From: Felis catus
Lineage: Eukaryota
Reading direction: 5' to 3'
NCBI RefSeq assembly: GCF_018350175.1
Contig: NC_058368.1
Location: forward strand, 19,780,001 to 19,844,000
Length of the DNA stretch: 64,000 nt
Under the pieces are notes generated by a model. It saw nothing but the letters and a program-made list of their open reading frames with translations, made no database searches and was not told the origin of the DNA. Below are positions 1 through 14,744 of the stretch, one piece after another; position 1 is the stretch's first letter; the number at the start of each line of letters is the position of its first letter. A program made the translations under genes and the position numbers.

Positions 1-1084
1 CTGGGAGTGCTGGTTCGAGATTGGCAACATTTGGCTGTTTACCGGCTAAGACGGAAGATCAGAGCAGCCGCTGCCCTTCCATGCGCCTGCAAGTTCCTGA
101 AAACACTGTATTGAGTTCATGCAGTTCTGTTTTGGGTAACCTCCTGATCCTCAGAACAATGAGAACACATTCATCTCCTAAGATCCAAATCAACAGTGAC
201 TCCCTCCACTGAGGCTTCCCATTTTTCAGTACAACTGGCAAACTGTCCCACCTCGTCCCCATTCTCATGCCTCTATAGCACCATTTAGGCAGTGGCTGTT
301 GCCATAGTGCCCTTCATATCCGAAGTGTCTGCTATAAAGTCTGGTATATAGACAGAGATCAGTAAACTTCTGTTGAGTGTAATATAGATTGAGGGAGTAG
401 GTACATGTGGCTATACTTCCACTTAAAATGCTATGTTCAGAGAGAAAGACAAATCCTATCCAAAAGCTTGACTTACAAATTACTATAATTTTTATTAACA
501 AGAATATTCTTAACACCTGTCACTTACTGTCCCTTACTCTTGTGCTGATTATTTTACATGCATTATATCATTTATGGTTCTTGACAACCTTTGAGGGTTT
601 TCCTTTCCGATATTATCCTTACTTTAGAGATGAGGAAACTGAGGATCGGAGAGATAGAGAGCCCTGCTTAGAGCCAGAAGGGCTGGCTCAAAAACAGCCT
701 GGCCTGATCCAGAGGCCAGCAATTAATGACCACACCACGGAGCACCACCCCTCGGATAAGATTCCACTCTCCGTGAAAACCCTAATTTTGAATTCTTTGA
801 CCTATTATGCATTAGCTAAGTGAGAAATAGAAAAAAATCTCTTCCTCTGTATCCTAATAATTCTCCAGTGATACAATGAGAAATGCTCCTAAATCTGAGA
901 TTGGCAAAGAGAGAAACCTTGCTCTCTTGACCCTTGCTCTCCTTCCCCAAACCCAGGAAAGGATGAATGTGAGAATTCTACTTCCTTTCCTAACTTGACA
1001 GGCAATTTACCTGATAAAGAGGGAAAGGTACAAATTCTCCCGATGGATATTTATCGACGAATCGCCCCTTTCTTTTTAAAAAAA

Positions 1085-1284
1085 TTTTTTTTTAATGTTC
1101 ATTTATTTTTGACAGACAGACACAGAGTGTGAGCGGGGTAGAAGCAGAGAGAGACACACAGAATCTGAAGCAGGCTCCAGGCTCTGAGCTGTCAGCACAG
1201 AGACTGATGCGGGGCTCGAACTCATGAACTGTGACATCATGATCTGAGCCGGAGGCTTAACTGACTGAGCCACCCAGATGCCCC
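1085..1284 (-). mobile_element. Can-SINE (SINEC, felid type)
   Basis: tRNA-derived head GGGGCATCTGGGTGGCTCAGTCAGTTAAG, CT-repeat and A-tail on the minus strand. Confidence 0.92.
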
Positions 1285-4200
1285 ACTGACTAGTCCCTTT
1301 CTTTACCAAAAGGCTTTGAAGATGCTTGTAACAAAAGTCTTATACATGCTAAGAGTCGGAAGAGAAAAACCAAGAGCTGGGACTATGGAAAAAGGAAGCA
1401 AATACACAGGCCATGTGTGCCAACAGCCGGGGCTGTGACCACGTCCCCCGTAACCGAAGATCCCAGTCTTGGTGGAGGGTTCCATCCCAAAAAGTTCATC
1501 TGTGCTTTAAATTGAGTTACCGTTAAACTAAATTGCCACAAAGTCTTAAAAGCCTGAGAAAAATACTGCTAGAAAGGAAAATTATGGTCATAAAGTTGGT
1601 CATGAAATGACAGGTATTATCTAAGAATAAAAAAGGATCTAAAAAGCCCAAGTATCGTTATTAGCTTTGACACGGTGGGCATGGGACAATAAATGTCCAG
1701 GCTTATGCTTCTATAATATCCATCCAACTGGTAATGGATACTTCAGAAACATAACTGGTCCCTGAAACTGGAACCTTTTCTTTGCCTTTCCTTCCACAGA
1801 GCTAGCACACAATCATGGTCCACTTGCTACAGGGAATAAAAATACCAAAATGTTTCAAATGCAGAGAATATTGTATAGAAGTATACTTTCTTAGCTTTTT
1901 TCCCTTGGACTTGGAAACATTTCAGTTACTCTAGTGCTAAAGCTCTCTCTGCTTTGATGGGTTTTTCACACACCAGATCAAATTAGTAGCACAAATGTCT
2001 TATTTCTGCTGAAGGATGGAATGAAGCCACAGGACCCAGGGCAGAAGACCCGTAAAGCTGCCCCTTACATCGGGGTCGGATATTCCCACAAAAGGGGAAG
2101 GTGGTCTTTCCACTCCTCTGGGGCTCTCTGGTCCGGTCGGCTCTGCCCAGTTCCCAAGCTCACCAACTCGGTGCCTGATTTGGAACTCTGACCACCCAGA
2201 GTCTCCCTGAGGGGAAGGTGGGAACATAAGGAATTGTAGGACAGCTAGGGGCAGCCTCGGGCCCCACGAAGAAACTCTTTGGCCTCTAGAGTGGAAAAGA
2301 GACCAAAAAAACATCATGGAGCACAGAAGGGGCCATCTGTTAGTCAATGCTCATTTCTCTGCCCCAGTACCTAGTATAGTGCAGGATGCAAAGAAGGCTC
2401 TAAGTAGCTTTCTTGGACTGAAAGAAGGTTTGGGAGACCCAAGCTACCAGCTGGAGGCTTTGAGGGTGGTAGCTCCATAGTCTCATCTAAAAAATGACAT
2501 CGGGCTTCCCTCTTACATATCCAGGGTTCTTGGAAGATTACACTGAGGTCCCTGTGTGTTTCAGAAGCTCTCTGGCAAAATACTAAGCTCCATTCAAAGA
2601 CAAGAATCACTGAACACCAATCCAGTAGCCAATTTTCAGGACAAAGCAATGGTGGCCATGTGGCGCTATGCTCCCCTTCCTGCCTGCTGCCCTGGCCCCT
2701 TTCCTTCCGCCACCTTCTGTGAGTCCCAACCTCCCACTTCCAGCAGCTCTGGTGTCTTCCCCGTCCTCACCTCGGGCACTCAAACCCAGGGTTAACACCA
2801 ACTGATGCTGAGGAAGTTCATCTCTCCCAGCTGTGTGACACCAGGCGGCCCCTCCCAGGCTAAGGCCCGATGATGGTGACCACAGAGTTCACGTCATTCC
2901 TTTCTCAGCTTGAGATAAATAAAGCCCCAGGCAAAGGCCTACGGCCATTATTCCTGTTTAACGCCAGGGCTGACCAGTGGCTCCTGGTCTCACCAGCCTG
3001 CTGGCCCACTAGGGTCTAAGGGTACAGAGTAACAGGATGGACTCCCAAGTATGGTCTGTTCCATTTTCTAAAAGGTCAGGTCTGCATTCCTTAGAAACAA
3101 CAATACCTATTAGCCCAGGTTCCATTTTTCTGGGACTGAGACACTGTATCTCAACTTCATAGCTTTTCCTTTCTTACCAAACTCTAGGCGCAAGTTTTCT
3201 AGAACAGTTTGCACGAGGGCACTCGGCACCCAGTGATGTCATACTTTACCGCCCTGAGGATGGGTCATGCAAGATTGCCTGCAGTCTTTATTAACCACGG
3301 TGCAAAAATGAAGCTAGTTATGAGTTCATCTGAGTGAGACCAACAAATATTACTGCTCTTCATTCACAACTGGCATTTTATTTCTCTGAGACAGCCTGAG
3401 GTGGCAGAATTACCTGGCAGAGTGGATAATAACTGAGCGTTACTAAACAGGACTGTGTCTGCCTTCTCCTTTTCTTCACTTACACGGATGATGTCAACTC
3501 CTTTCATATGATACTGATGTGTGTCCCCTTGCCATGGAGATAAGCACAAGGGAACGATTCCTCTTAATGAGCTGATGACGAGGTCCGAGTGGCCCCACAA
3601 GCCAGACACGGCCCCAGACAATGGGTCTGTTCTCAAATGTGGGAAAGGAGGCCTAACAAGTAGCTCTCTAAGACTAAATTCTAACACTGAAATAATGACT
3701 TGTGCAGGGGCCTTCCAAAATTCAATCAGTAATAATCCCAACTGCAAAATTTAACTACTTAGGGGAACATTTTAAAACGAGTGCTTCCGGGCAGATTTAC
3801 AAAAAGAGCTAATGTTGGTTAACACCAGTCAGTTCCTGGGAGCCCCACTAACATTTGTTTACGGATGTCTAGAGTCGCTGCTAACATCACTGTGGAAACT
3901 TTCCAAGTTGAAAACAATTCAGATGAGCTTAGAGCTTTGAAGCAAATCTACGGTTCTTTTCCGCACACGGCCAGTATGTGCCCCCGGGGCCTGTGGGCAG
4001 CCATTAGAGTGTGGTCTGAGGGCCACCAGGAGAGCTGCCTGGGAGGCTGCGAACAACAGAGGTGCCTCAGCTCCACGTTGGTGACCGGAATCTCCAAAGA
4101 CAGGGGCCAGGAATCTACATCAAAAAAAATTCCTTAGTGACTCTCAGCACACGGCAAAGAGTCTGCTCCAAGGAAACGCAAAGCTGCCTTTGCTTTTCCT

Positions 4201-4730
4201 CTCGGCCCGTGAAATCGTCCCTCAAGGAAGAAGAGGGCCTGACAGGAATCAAAGCGAGTCTTCAATAAATATGTGGTGAAGTACAAAATCTATTGTGTAA
4301 GAATATTCTCTCTCCTCTCTTCCTCAAGCTGCCGGGAGTCCTGGCACCACATCTGAGCTCAACTACAGAAATTCTGTAGGCCTCCATGGCTTCTATTTTT
4401 AAGCTTTTTTTTTTTTCCTCTCTCTCTCTAATTTTTACTCTTAGGTCTCCCTGGTTCTCACTTTTACCTTTTATTTGTTTGCTGCCATTATTTTACTTCA
4501 CGGTTTTTGTAGGCACTGTCAAGTCCTCTATGGAATTAAACAAGGTGACGTGTAAATAAATAAACATACTTAGGTACGGATGCAATTCAAAGTGGCCATT
4601 AGTTGAGTGCCTGCCGGGTTCCTTCCCATGCGAAGATCCTGCCACAGAGACTGGAGCACACGCCTTTGTTCTAGGCTTTCAGAAGGGAATCTTTTCTCAG
4701 AGTTTTTAGTAAAAGCACCAGCAGCCTTAC

Positions 4731-4857
4731 TTGTGTCCTTGGAGCTCGATGGCTGTTCCTTTCCTCCCGCCGATGTCCCACATGATAACGGAGTGATCGG
4801 AGCTGCCGGAGAACAACACTCGCTGGACGGGGTCCCAACAGAGAGCAGTCACCCCAC
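4731..4857 (-). CDS. WDFY2: WDFY2 internal coding exon, 127 bp (probably exon 7), WD40 repeat
   Basis: gttctctcag|GTGGGGTG...GGACACAA|gtaagg encodes [42 protein letters not shown](N), with the classic GH...SGSSD...WD WD40 pattern. Confidence 0.97.
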
Positions 4858-5251
4858 CTGAGAGAACAGACACAGCGGGACATTCGTCACCAGGCAACAA
4901 CAGCATTCACCAATAAATGTGAATGCAAAGGCATTAGGATCTAGTGTAGTTCTTCTGCTTAGAGAACACACAAGTCCCCAAAGAGAAAAAAAACAAACTC
5001 CCAGAATAAAAGTCCTGCCCTTTCAGCATTTTTCCCCAAAACTTAATATACCATAAAATCAATTATATAAAAACCAAAGGAAATGAAAAAGGCAATTAAT
5101 TGACAGACAAGATACGTAATTCGAAGAATGAAAAATATCACACTACTTGGAAGTATTAACCATATTTCCTTGACTTCTGTCTACCTCCCACCCTGACAAT
5201 AACAGATGAGAAGTAAATGGAGTTTTCAATAGCTTAGTTGGATTCTTTACT

Positions 5252-5473
5252 CTTTTTAAAAAAATTTTTTTAATATTTATTTTCAAGAGAGAGAGTGAGA
5301 CAGAACGTGAGCAGGGGAGGGGCAGAGAGAGAGAGGGAGACACAGAATCGGAAGCAGGCTCCAGGCTCTGAGCTGTCGGCACAGAGCCTGACACGGGGTT
5401 CGAACCACAAACCGTGAGAACCTGACCCGAGCCAAAGTCGGACACCCAACCGACTGAGCCACCCCGGAGCCCC
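5252..5473 (-). mobile_element. Can-SINE
   Basis: Head GGGGCTCCGGGGTGGCTCAGTCGG, B-box GGTTCGAACC, CT-repeat and A-tail. Confidence 0.92.
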
Positions 5474-6519
5474 AGATTCTCCATCCTTCAGCACAGATAT
5501 AATTAGACTACAACATCGGAATTTAAAATTTATTTCCTCTCTTTGGGAATTTAAATTTACAGATTTGGGGCACATCATGTACATCCCTAAGGGTCAATTT
5601 CCTTGACTGTAAATGGGGATAATGGGGTTACATCCGAACATCTGCATGCAACTAATGATAATATCAACCTGGCCATTACCTACTTCATAGGTTGTGGTGA
5701 TAATGAGGTTGGATCCGTTACATAGGACCCCTCTGTAAACTGTAGCGTGAGGTACACACACGCTGATTATTAGCGTTAGTCTACCGGTGCGGCAATGAAA
5801 TATTATGACAGATCTTTCTCTGGCAGTCCCCTTATAAATCAAACTCCTGCATGATGAGAACAATATTAACTTTTTCCACGTAATATGGGCACAAAGCCTA
5901 CAAACACTTAAGAGTGTGAGAAATACTCACTTTTTTACATTATTGAAAAATATTATACTCTGAAAAGAACAGAAAATACCATCTTGTTTCTTCAAATCTG
6001 CCTTTTTCTTATTTAGATTATCAATTTGTTCTAACAAAGCGCTGCACTTTAAAAGCTTTTAGGAAAGTTTCTTTCACATAACATTCTCAGAAGGCTGTTG
6101 TTGTTGTTTTCTCCCCAAGATCAAAAGGGAAAAAAATCCCACTATTCTGGCTTACGTTTAATAGCTTCTCCCTATACCTGTGTAACATTCTGCTGGCACA
6201 TATTCCTGCCCACGAAGGAGTAAACACCCCAACCCACCAGTGTACCTGCAGGGCCCCCCCCCCCCCCCCGACACTCCCATCTCCTCCTCCCCCACCGCCA
6301 CATAACAGCTCGGAGCACGGGGCCAGCAGCAGACAGGCTCTGGGGTTGTCTCTTGAATGAATGAAGGAGCAGATGAATGAAAACACATGAATCTTTTTTT
6401 CATCCACCACCCTTGTTACTTGGAACTCCTCTACCAGACTCACTGACCCTTCAGAGTTAAATATTGCTTCTCCTTTTATACAACTCCTCTTGGTTTCCTG
6501 CTGTTGAACTCCATGCTTA

Positions 6520-6880
6520 CAGCAGTCCCTCCTTGTCCATGGTTTCACTTCCTGGGGTTTCAGGTACCCGTGGACAACTGTGGTCCGGAAGTAGATGATC
6601 GTTCTTCTGCGGGACCCTCGGATGGTGAGCGGTAGCCTAACGCTATGCCATCCATCTCACGTGAAATCACTGCAAAGGCATCTGATCATCTCACCTCGTC
6701 ACAGGAAGAAGGGGGAAGCACAGTACAAGAAGATGTTTTCAGAGGCAGGCCACGTTCGCATAACTTTCATTACAGTGTATGTAAACACGGTATATCTAGG
6801 GTTCAGTAGTATCTGTAGTTTCAGGCATCCACTGCGGGGTCCTGGAACTTGTCCCCCGCAGATTTGGGGGGGCTGCACTG
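6520..6880. mobile_element. MER44-like non-autonomous TcMar-Tigger DNA transposon
   Basis: TA flanks on both sides. Imperfect terminal inverted repeats (TIRs) cagcagtccctccttgtcc ... gcagatttggggggg-ctgcactg. Internal sequence resembles MER44. Confidence 0.75.
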
Positions 6881-6985
6881 TACATTTTAAATTTAACCAT
6901 CCTTCAGTAATTTCAGGATATTCCATCCTGCAAAACATGTTATTTATTCCCACACGGTACCCAATGGCTTACTTTGTTAAATACC

Positions 6986-7420
6986 TGTGGCAGAGTTAGC
7001 CAATCGTCCACCTAGATCCATACTTCCCCTTCCATATATGGAGTGCTCCCTGGAAAGCTGCTGTCCTGCAGGGACCGCATTTACGGGGCCCTCTTGCATC
7101 TAGGGGGCATGTGACCAGTTCTCAGCAACTGAATCCAGAAAGTAATCTGCGTTCCTTCCAGACCAGAGCAGTCCCTTTTTCACTTTCTCTTTGTACTTCC
7201 TCCTTGAGGACTCCAAGACCCCAGGGCATGGAGAAACTACATTCTAGAAGGAGCCAGAGTCCCTGAATCACCACATGGAATAGAGCTGTAAATCCACAAC
7301 CAGACTGAACCAGAATGAACAAAAACAGAATGAACAAAAACAACCACACTGAGTTGTCACAAGAGTGACAAACTTCTGCTACAGGAAGCCACTGGAATGT
7401 TAGAAATTATTTGTTAGAGC
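6986..7420 (+). mobile_element. MLT1-family (MaLR) solo LTR remnant
   Basis: Starts TGTGGCAG. Carries the MLT1-like motifs catgtgaccagttct, ggagccagagtccctgaatcaccacatgga and aagccactg...atttgtta. Confidence 0.6.
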
Positions 7421-7421
7421 C

Positions 7422-7565
7422 TTTTTTTTTTTTTTTTTTTTTTTTTAAGTAGGCTTCAAACCCAGCATGGAGCCCAGTGTGGGGCTTGAACTAATAACCC
7501 TGAGATCAAGACCTGAGCTAAGATCAAGAGTCAGACGCTCAACCAACTGAGCTACCCAGGTGCCT
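7422..7565 (-). mobile_element. Short Can-SINE with long poly(A)
   Basis: Poly-T run of about 25 nt on the plus strand, followed by gagatcaagacctgagct...gagctacccaggtgcc. Confidence 0.88.
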
Positions 7566-8089
7566 AGCATTAGGTATTATAATGCCATATACTTACTGGG
7601 ATATGTAATAAGGCTGGTCCAAGAGGAAGGTGAGAGTCCCCAAAAGCTTCATAAATCAGGCAAATAAAAAGAAGTTACTACCTTAGGCTGTTAATCTTGA
7701 TGCCTTATGTTTCACCAGAATTGGAGAAGACCTCAGGTGGGGAACTATTCCATCAGCCTCCAAAGCAATCCACTATAAACTCTAAATTGTTTTTTTCCAA
7801 AGATACCTAAAGTCTAAGCACTTCTGCCACCTCTAATACTACCATCCTTGCATAAGAGCCACTATCAAAATTCTTTCCTAGAAAATTAAAAAGCATGACA
7901 CATATTTTGTTGGAAAGCCTTCGGGGGAAAAAGACACTCTCATATATCACTGATGAGAACGCAAACCAGTACAATGGGGAAGGCCGTATCCAACAAGCCA
8001 TACCTGTGCTTAGCTTTTACTCTCACTTTCAGGAGTTTATCGTGAAGATATTGTCCCCATCCCCACCAAGTAATACATAGATACATATG

Positions 8090-10086
8090 CACAAGGAGAA
8101 TGCTCATAAAAGAGAGTGGGTGAATTAACTATGGTACATCCACAGAGTATTACGCAGCTATGAGAAAGAATGAACAGAATCATTTACGTGGATAGAAAGT
8201 GATTTCCAGGATACACTGTAAAGTGTAAAAGGCAACGTGCCAAAGAACAGCTATATTGTACTACCTTTCGTCTAAGAAAAAAGGGGAAATAAATGAATGA
8301 GATGTGTTAACTTCAGCAGGTGCTTGGGCACAGCCATGGAGAAGGGGTGAAGCAGACTGGCACTTTCCTGAGTGTACTTTTTGTTTGGTTCTGGGTTTTG
8401 GAATCATATTGTTTCACATACTCAAAAATAGGTAAATAAAATTAACAAGGAGTGTGTTGGCAGGGCAGGGTGTGGACCCCAAATAGAATATAAACAGGAA
8501 CAAGTGAACCTAACTGTATTACAAATGAATGATACAATAACCACACTAAAGGCGGGAGGGGGCGAGCTGACAAAAGTAACTTTGGAAAATAGTAATTTGA
8601 CTACAGTCGAAGGCAAAATATAAGATTTGTACACAAATACAGTACTTTAGTTAGTAGGTTTGTACATGAGTTATAGGTTAGCAATTCTGAACCTATTCTG
8701 TATTTTAGGATTGAAGAAGTAAATACATCGAGGATAATGAGAGTTGACTTTCTCACTCATAATAGGAGTTACAGTTGGGGGGAGGTTAGAATAAACTCTT
8801 TGGTGTTAGAATGGAATTGGAAGTATCCGTATGACATCACATAAAAGTTACAGAAATCCTTACAGATGTGTGAGTGCACACATATTTTCTAGCTCTGTCT
8901 ATTGAGGGCCCAGAAGCAATGATCCCTCCACCCTGCCATTAACAGTGAGGACACATGGCACCCTGAGTTTGGCTTCTAGAAGTATCCCCTCATACTATCT
9001 ATTCTTCAATGAAAGAGACGAGGCTGTATGAATGTTAATTCTAGGGCCGAGGCAGGTAGTATACAACATGAGTCAGAAATATCAAGACGTGGTTATCAAA
9101 AAGCAAAGGGACAGGTCAAAAGGTCAGAAACACCACCGTGAAGAAGCCAGTGTTCCACTGGTCAAATCTGGGACAATGTGAGCAAGAAAATAAATCAATG
9201 GTGGTAATGAATCTTCACACACAGAAATAATTAAGAACTCGTGAGCCCATACTGGTATAAACAATTTAAAAAATAAATAAATAAATGGGGGAGAAATGAA
9301 AGCTTTTCCTTACCATAAAATTCCAACCAAAAAGTGTCGAAGAGAAAAGGACTAGAAAAAGCACAATCTAGCAAGCACCACAGTCGTGACTGTTTCTGGT
9401 AAGAGTCATCAGTGGATAGTAAAATTACTGGGCAGAAATATGATGAGAAATAGTATTTACACGGCTTCAAAATATTTCCTCCTAAAATAGTTATGAATTA
9501 CAAAGGGTGACTACGGTGGGGAAACTTGGCACACACTACCTTAACCAAATAATCTAAGTTAACATCACCAGAAAGAGGACAAATCAACATCATGCGCCTC
9601 TTGATACGATCCACTGTGAAGGACATAACATCACTTCCATGGTATTCACATAAAAAATGCATAACCTGAATTTAACCACGAGGAAACATCAAATGGAGGG
9701 ACATTCTACAAGGGAGGGACATTCTGGCTAGAATGCCAAGAATGACCTCAAAATCCCAAGGTCATGACAGAAAAAGGAAGACTCAGAACTGTTCCGTGTT
9801 CAAGGGAACTAAAGAGACATTATAAGGAAATGCAGCATGTGGTCCTGATCAGACTGTGAACCAGGAAAAGGCAATTAGTGGGATAACTGGAGAGACGTGA
9901 GTAAGGTCTGTAGATTAGGGAACAGGACTCTGTCAACGTTGACTTCCTGATTTTGGTATCTGTGCTGTAGTTTTCAAAGATGTTAACATCCGTGGAATCT
10001 GGGTGAAGGATGTACAGAACTCTCTGCACTGTTCTGCAGCTTCTTTAAAGTCTGAAATAATTTCCAAATGAAAAGTTAAAATAAAA
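8090..10086 (+). mobile_element. Ancient L1 3' region / 3'UTR fragments (L1MC/L1ME-like)
   Basis: Motifs aactatggtacatccac and cactaccttaaccaa...aagttaacatcacc, with terminal cagaactctctgcactg...ccaaatgaaaagttaaaataaaaaa. Confidence 0.6.
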
Positions 10087-10109
10087 AAGCCCCAAACTAT
10101 AAGACTGTG

Positions 10110-10735
10110 TGAACGGCCTCCTACACAGGTTCCTCGCTTCTACTCCTGTTTCTGTAGTCTGCTCTCCACACAGCAGCTGAAGCGACCACCGAAGAACACA
10201 GAGCAGATTACGACACCCCTTGCTCTAATCCCTCCAATGGTTCCCCATCCCGCTCAGAGCAAAATGCAAAGTTCCTCTCCGTGGCCTTTCAAGACCCTGT
10301 GCGATCCAGCTCCTGCCCCTACTGTGAAGCTTCCCCCGCAGCCCCCCACCGCCTCTGCTCTAATCACGCTGGATGCCCCTTCATCAGGCTAGGTTCATTC
10401 CCACTTCTAGCTCTTTGCACTTTGTTGCCTCTGCCTGGGATTCTCTTCCTCCAGATTATCACTGGTGCATGCCCTCACTTCACAAAGATCCCTGTTCAGA
10501 TGCCACCTCTTTACAGAGACCGTCCTTGGCCACTCTTACCACTCTCCTCTTTATGGTTTTATTTTTTTCTTCAGAACACATAGTTATTGTCTACTGCCCC
10601 CACAGAATATAAGCTCTTGGAGGGCCAGGGTTTGGCTTGTTCACCACAGTGTCTCTAGGATCTAGAATTCTGTTCAGCTTACGGGAGACACTCAATAAAC
10701 ACAGACAAGTGAGCAAATGATTGAAGTAAGTACAT
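10110..10735 (+). mobile_element. L2 3' fragment
   Basis: Motifs ctccacacagcagc, ctccaatggttcccc and ctctgcctggga, with 3' end ctcaataaa. Confidence 0.7.
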
Positions 10736-10959
10736 GAATGTTCTTTGCCTTGTTCCTAGCACCTGGAACAGGCACGTGGCATCTCTTTTCCTAGTTGACC
10801 AATGTTGTCTGTGGGACAGCCTTTATTCTACTCCTCACATCTTTTAGGTCAGCGAATGCTCATCTCAAGGAGACGCTCTGGAGATGGCCTCACTTGACTG
10901 GTTAAGCCACTGGGGACAGAAAAGGGAATGATGACTAATGTATTTTTTCCTTTCCTTAG

Positions 10960-11296
10960 TTTGTGTTTGTGTCCCCCCCCACCCGCCCCCGCCCCAGATT
11001 CCTACGTTGTAACCTAATCCTCAATATTCTGAGGTGATTAAGTCATAAGGGTGTAGCCCCCATGACTGAGGTTGGTGCCCTTATGAAAGTGATCCCAGAG
11101 AGCTCCTCAGTCCCTCCTGTCACGTGAGCTTACAGTGAGAAAGCAGCCATCTATAAACCAGGAAGTGGTCTCACTAGACATTCAATCAGCCAGCGCCTTG
11201 ATCTTGGACTTCCCAGTTTCCAGAACAAATATCTGTTGTTTCTAACCCACTCAGCCTATGGTAGCCTGTTAGGGCAGCCTGAATAGACTAAGACAA
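10960..11296 (+). mobile_element. MLT1A-like (MaLR) solo LTR
   Basis: gccttgatcttggacttcccagtttccagaac...gcagcctgaatagactaagaca is a typical MLT1 3' end. Confidence 0.8.
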
Positions 11297-11599
11297 CATA
11301 TTAAGTGGGTAGGTTCTTTAAAGCATCATATGAGATTTAAATAATGGTGGCACTAGTAAAAAGAATAGTTAGAAAGGCTTATTTGACATAATTAAAGACT
11401 TAATTGGGTGGGCTGTTCATCCTGTCAGAATAAACATGGAAAATCTTAAAAAAGGCTTACCATGTGCCAAGTGATGGATCCCTCTCAACTCCCTACCAGT
11501 ACACACCCACATCTATAAGCACAGCACCATGAGAAGCAGGCCTTCTTTGTTGGTGACTATGGGATGAGGATGGTTTATGGTGAAGCAATAGGAAGCTTA

Positions 11600-11825
11600 G
11601 ATGTGGTTAGTATAAGTGCACAGGCTCTGGAACCAGATCCTAGGCTCAACTCCTACTAGGTAAGTGACTTTGGGCAAATTATTTAATGTCTTTGTGCCTC
11701 AGAAACCTCATCTGTACAACAGGGATGACAATAATTTTGTCGAGATTAAATGAGTTAATATACACATCAACATACAGAATAGTGCCTAGCACATGGGGAG
11801 CGCTCAGTAAATGTTAGCTATAATT
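11600..11825 (+). mobile_element. MIR
   Basis: Core gtgactttgggcaaattatttaatgtctttgtgcctcag...ctcatctgta, ending ctcagtaaatgttagcta. Confidence 0.82.
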
Positions 11826-14635
11826 GTAGTGCAGGAGACCCCATCTATACCATCTGTGACAGTGTCCTCTGTTTAGTCAGCCTTGAGGCAGTCATCAGCC
11901 TGTTCCCAAACTATCCCAGCCATCAGGAGATCAATTCAAGTTTTAAAAACAAGACCAATCTCTAGTTTTTTCCACATTACATCAGGCTGTAAGGGGCCAG
12001 AGCCGGGAAGGGGAGTTCCTGGTAACCCAGAGTCAGGAAGAGAAAAATCAATGCCAGGTTCAAGAAAGTCAAAGTCAGGGTATATTTATCACCCCCTAGG
12101 GCTCAGAGTATTACACCACCCTTCAGTAAGAGTGGAAAAGATGGAAGAAAAATCTTCAAGACGGGAAGTAGGATGGGGCTGGGAGAAAAACAAATAAATT
12201 TTGAGGTCCCTCCCAGCTCTACGTACATGTCCTAACAATGGGGTCTCGTGGATGTTGGCTTATAAATTGCAAACCACAATTTCAAACCAGTGCACTCACA
12301 GCACTCATTTCAAACCAATGCAACCAGCATCAACTGAGCATCTTCTACACGGCAGATACCATGCTAGGCTCTGAGGATATAATGAAATCAAGAAGTCTCA
12401 GACCTACTGGACCAACACAAACACAGCAGAAGATGATGGGATTCATTCTGAGAAGAAGGGCATGCATGCTCTGTTTGGTGAAACCATTCTCTCATGGGAC
12501 CTGTGGCTACTCCTCTGCCTGGAGGGCCCATCAGACCTTTCATCACCCTAAGTAAACTCTCTCTTCAAGGTGCAGTTCAGGTGACTTCTGCAGGAAGCCT
12601 TCCTCATCGCTCTCCATCTATGCGAGGTCCCCACCTCTGGGTGTGGTTTCTAGCCCTATACTCACCCACCACATTGAACCTTGTCAGATTATAAATCTGT
12701 CCCCGCGGTAAATTTTAGGCTCTGTATCTTTGTATTCAAGCATAGTGCGCGATGCCTGGTTCACAGTAGGTGCTTAATAAATGGGTAAGCACCTGGCCGG
12801 TTGAATCGGATGGCAGAGAGGAGTGAGAGACAATGAACAAAACCAGTAAGCCATCACTACAGAGGTGCCCTGCAGGGCTTTGGGGTAGGGGTCGGTTGGG
12901 GAGGCAGCACGCTAAGTCACAGGGGGGCACAGAAGGGTGGAGAGGAGAGCTGCTGACCTACTGGCCTCTTCCTTCCCAGCAGTCTTCCCAGCAGACAGCT
13001 TCCTGACGAACAGTCCTTCCTCCAGATGCGTCCCGCAGCACAGAAAGGCAACAGCTGTTAGAGAGCCTGCCTTCCAGAACAGTGCAGACACGCACCTGTG
13101 CGCAGTCCACACCCAGGGCACCTTCCTCACCTTCCATATCTAGGTCGGAGTGCAAGGGCCGGGGGCCACAGCAACTGTGGGTTTCCCGGGTTTATGATAT
13201 TTGAAATGACAGACATCATTTCGTCTGACTTCGCTTCAGACTCCATCTTTCTGCCCCCTCATTTCATGGTGTGTTTCTCCCTGCCTGTGACCTTCACAAT
13301 ATATGGCCGACAGAGCAATTTCTATCATAAATGAATTTATTCTCAAAAATAAAGGTTTTTGTCATAAAATTTATCTATACTATTACATTTTCTCATAAAC
13401 ATAGGTTTTAATGGTTGCATAATACCCCACACAGGGATGTGCCTTATTTCACTTACCATTACATTTTTCTCAACTTTTAACTATTCTAAATTTCGCCAAG
13501 CTGAAAATTTTTATTTGTAAAACTTTGTTCATGTTTCTACTGAGTTAGAAGAGATTCCCAAACATGAAACTGGATCAAAGAGTATCAGCATTTTTAGAAA
13601 TTTAATACGTGTTACCAAAATGCACAGCCCAACTAATTTCTAAGAGACTTTTACAACAGATCTTGCAAAAGCTACAGACTACACGGAGTGCTGCAAAGTC
13701 AGAGCTGGAAACTGCCAGATCTGTCTTTACGAGTGCGATATGGCACCTCGCCCGGAACGTTCCAGCCTACCCTGCAGGGTAAGGAAGGGGAACAGCCTCC
13801 CTGTAACTACACAAGAGCCACCTGAGTCTCCAACCGCAAGGCCTCTTGAATAAAATATCTGACCTTTCACTTACTACATTCTGCAGTTACTCGGGCTGAA
13901 GCGAAGGATGTTTCTGTAAAGCTGAATGTGCTCTACCTCTTAGACTATGCTTTCCTCCTGACATCCACAAAAGGACATCCAGCTGTCCCCTTGCCACCAC
14001 TCCTGGGGCGTCCCTGTCATCAGAATACTCCACCACCCTTCAGCCAGAGTGGAAAAAATGGAAGGAAGATGTTCAGCTCCAAGCACGGTGCTCTCTCCTC
14101 AAACTGCTCTAAACTCTAGCATTCCTGTTTCAGCAAATGGCATCACCATCCACCCAAATGCTCCAGATGGAAACCTGGGAGCCACTCCCACCCCAAATGC
14201 CAAGTGCTGCGGACTCCCAATCTCCTAAAACAATCTTGAATCCCTCCTCTTCTCCCCACACCCTCCACCACCTCCCAGTCCAAACAGGTGGGACTCCAAC
14301 CCTAGCCTTCCTTCCAAATGGTTTTGGCACATCCATTCTCACCCCCGCCCAACCACCGCCACTGCTGCCACAGGGATTTCCTAAAATGGAAACCATGCTA
14401 CCACCCTGCTTACTTCATCACTGGTTTCCCACTGCCTGAGAACATTGTCCGAAGTTGTTGATATCGCCTGCACGTTCAACCTGTACTCTGCGCCCCTGAC
14501 TCTCCACACCGCCCGTGCGACTCCATACGTTGTTCACGCTTTCCCACTCTGGGCTTTGCATGCGCTTCACACGCCTGGAGCCTAGAATGGTCTCACCACC
14601 TGGATGACAACTCTTTCTCCTTATGGTATCATTTA

Positions 14636-14705
14636 TTCATTTTTTAAGATTTTTATTTATTCATTTTTTATTTTTGAGAGAGAGGGGGGCAAGTGAGCAA
14701 GGGGC

Positions 14706-14744
<39 letters not shown>
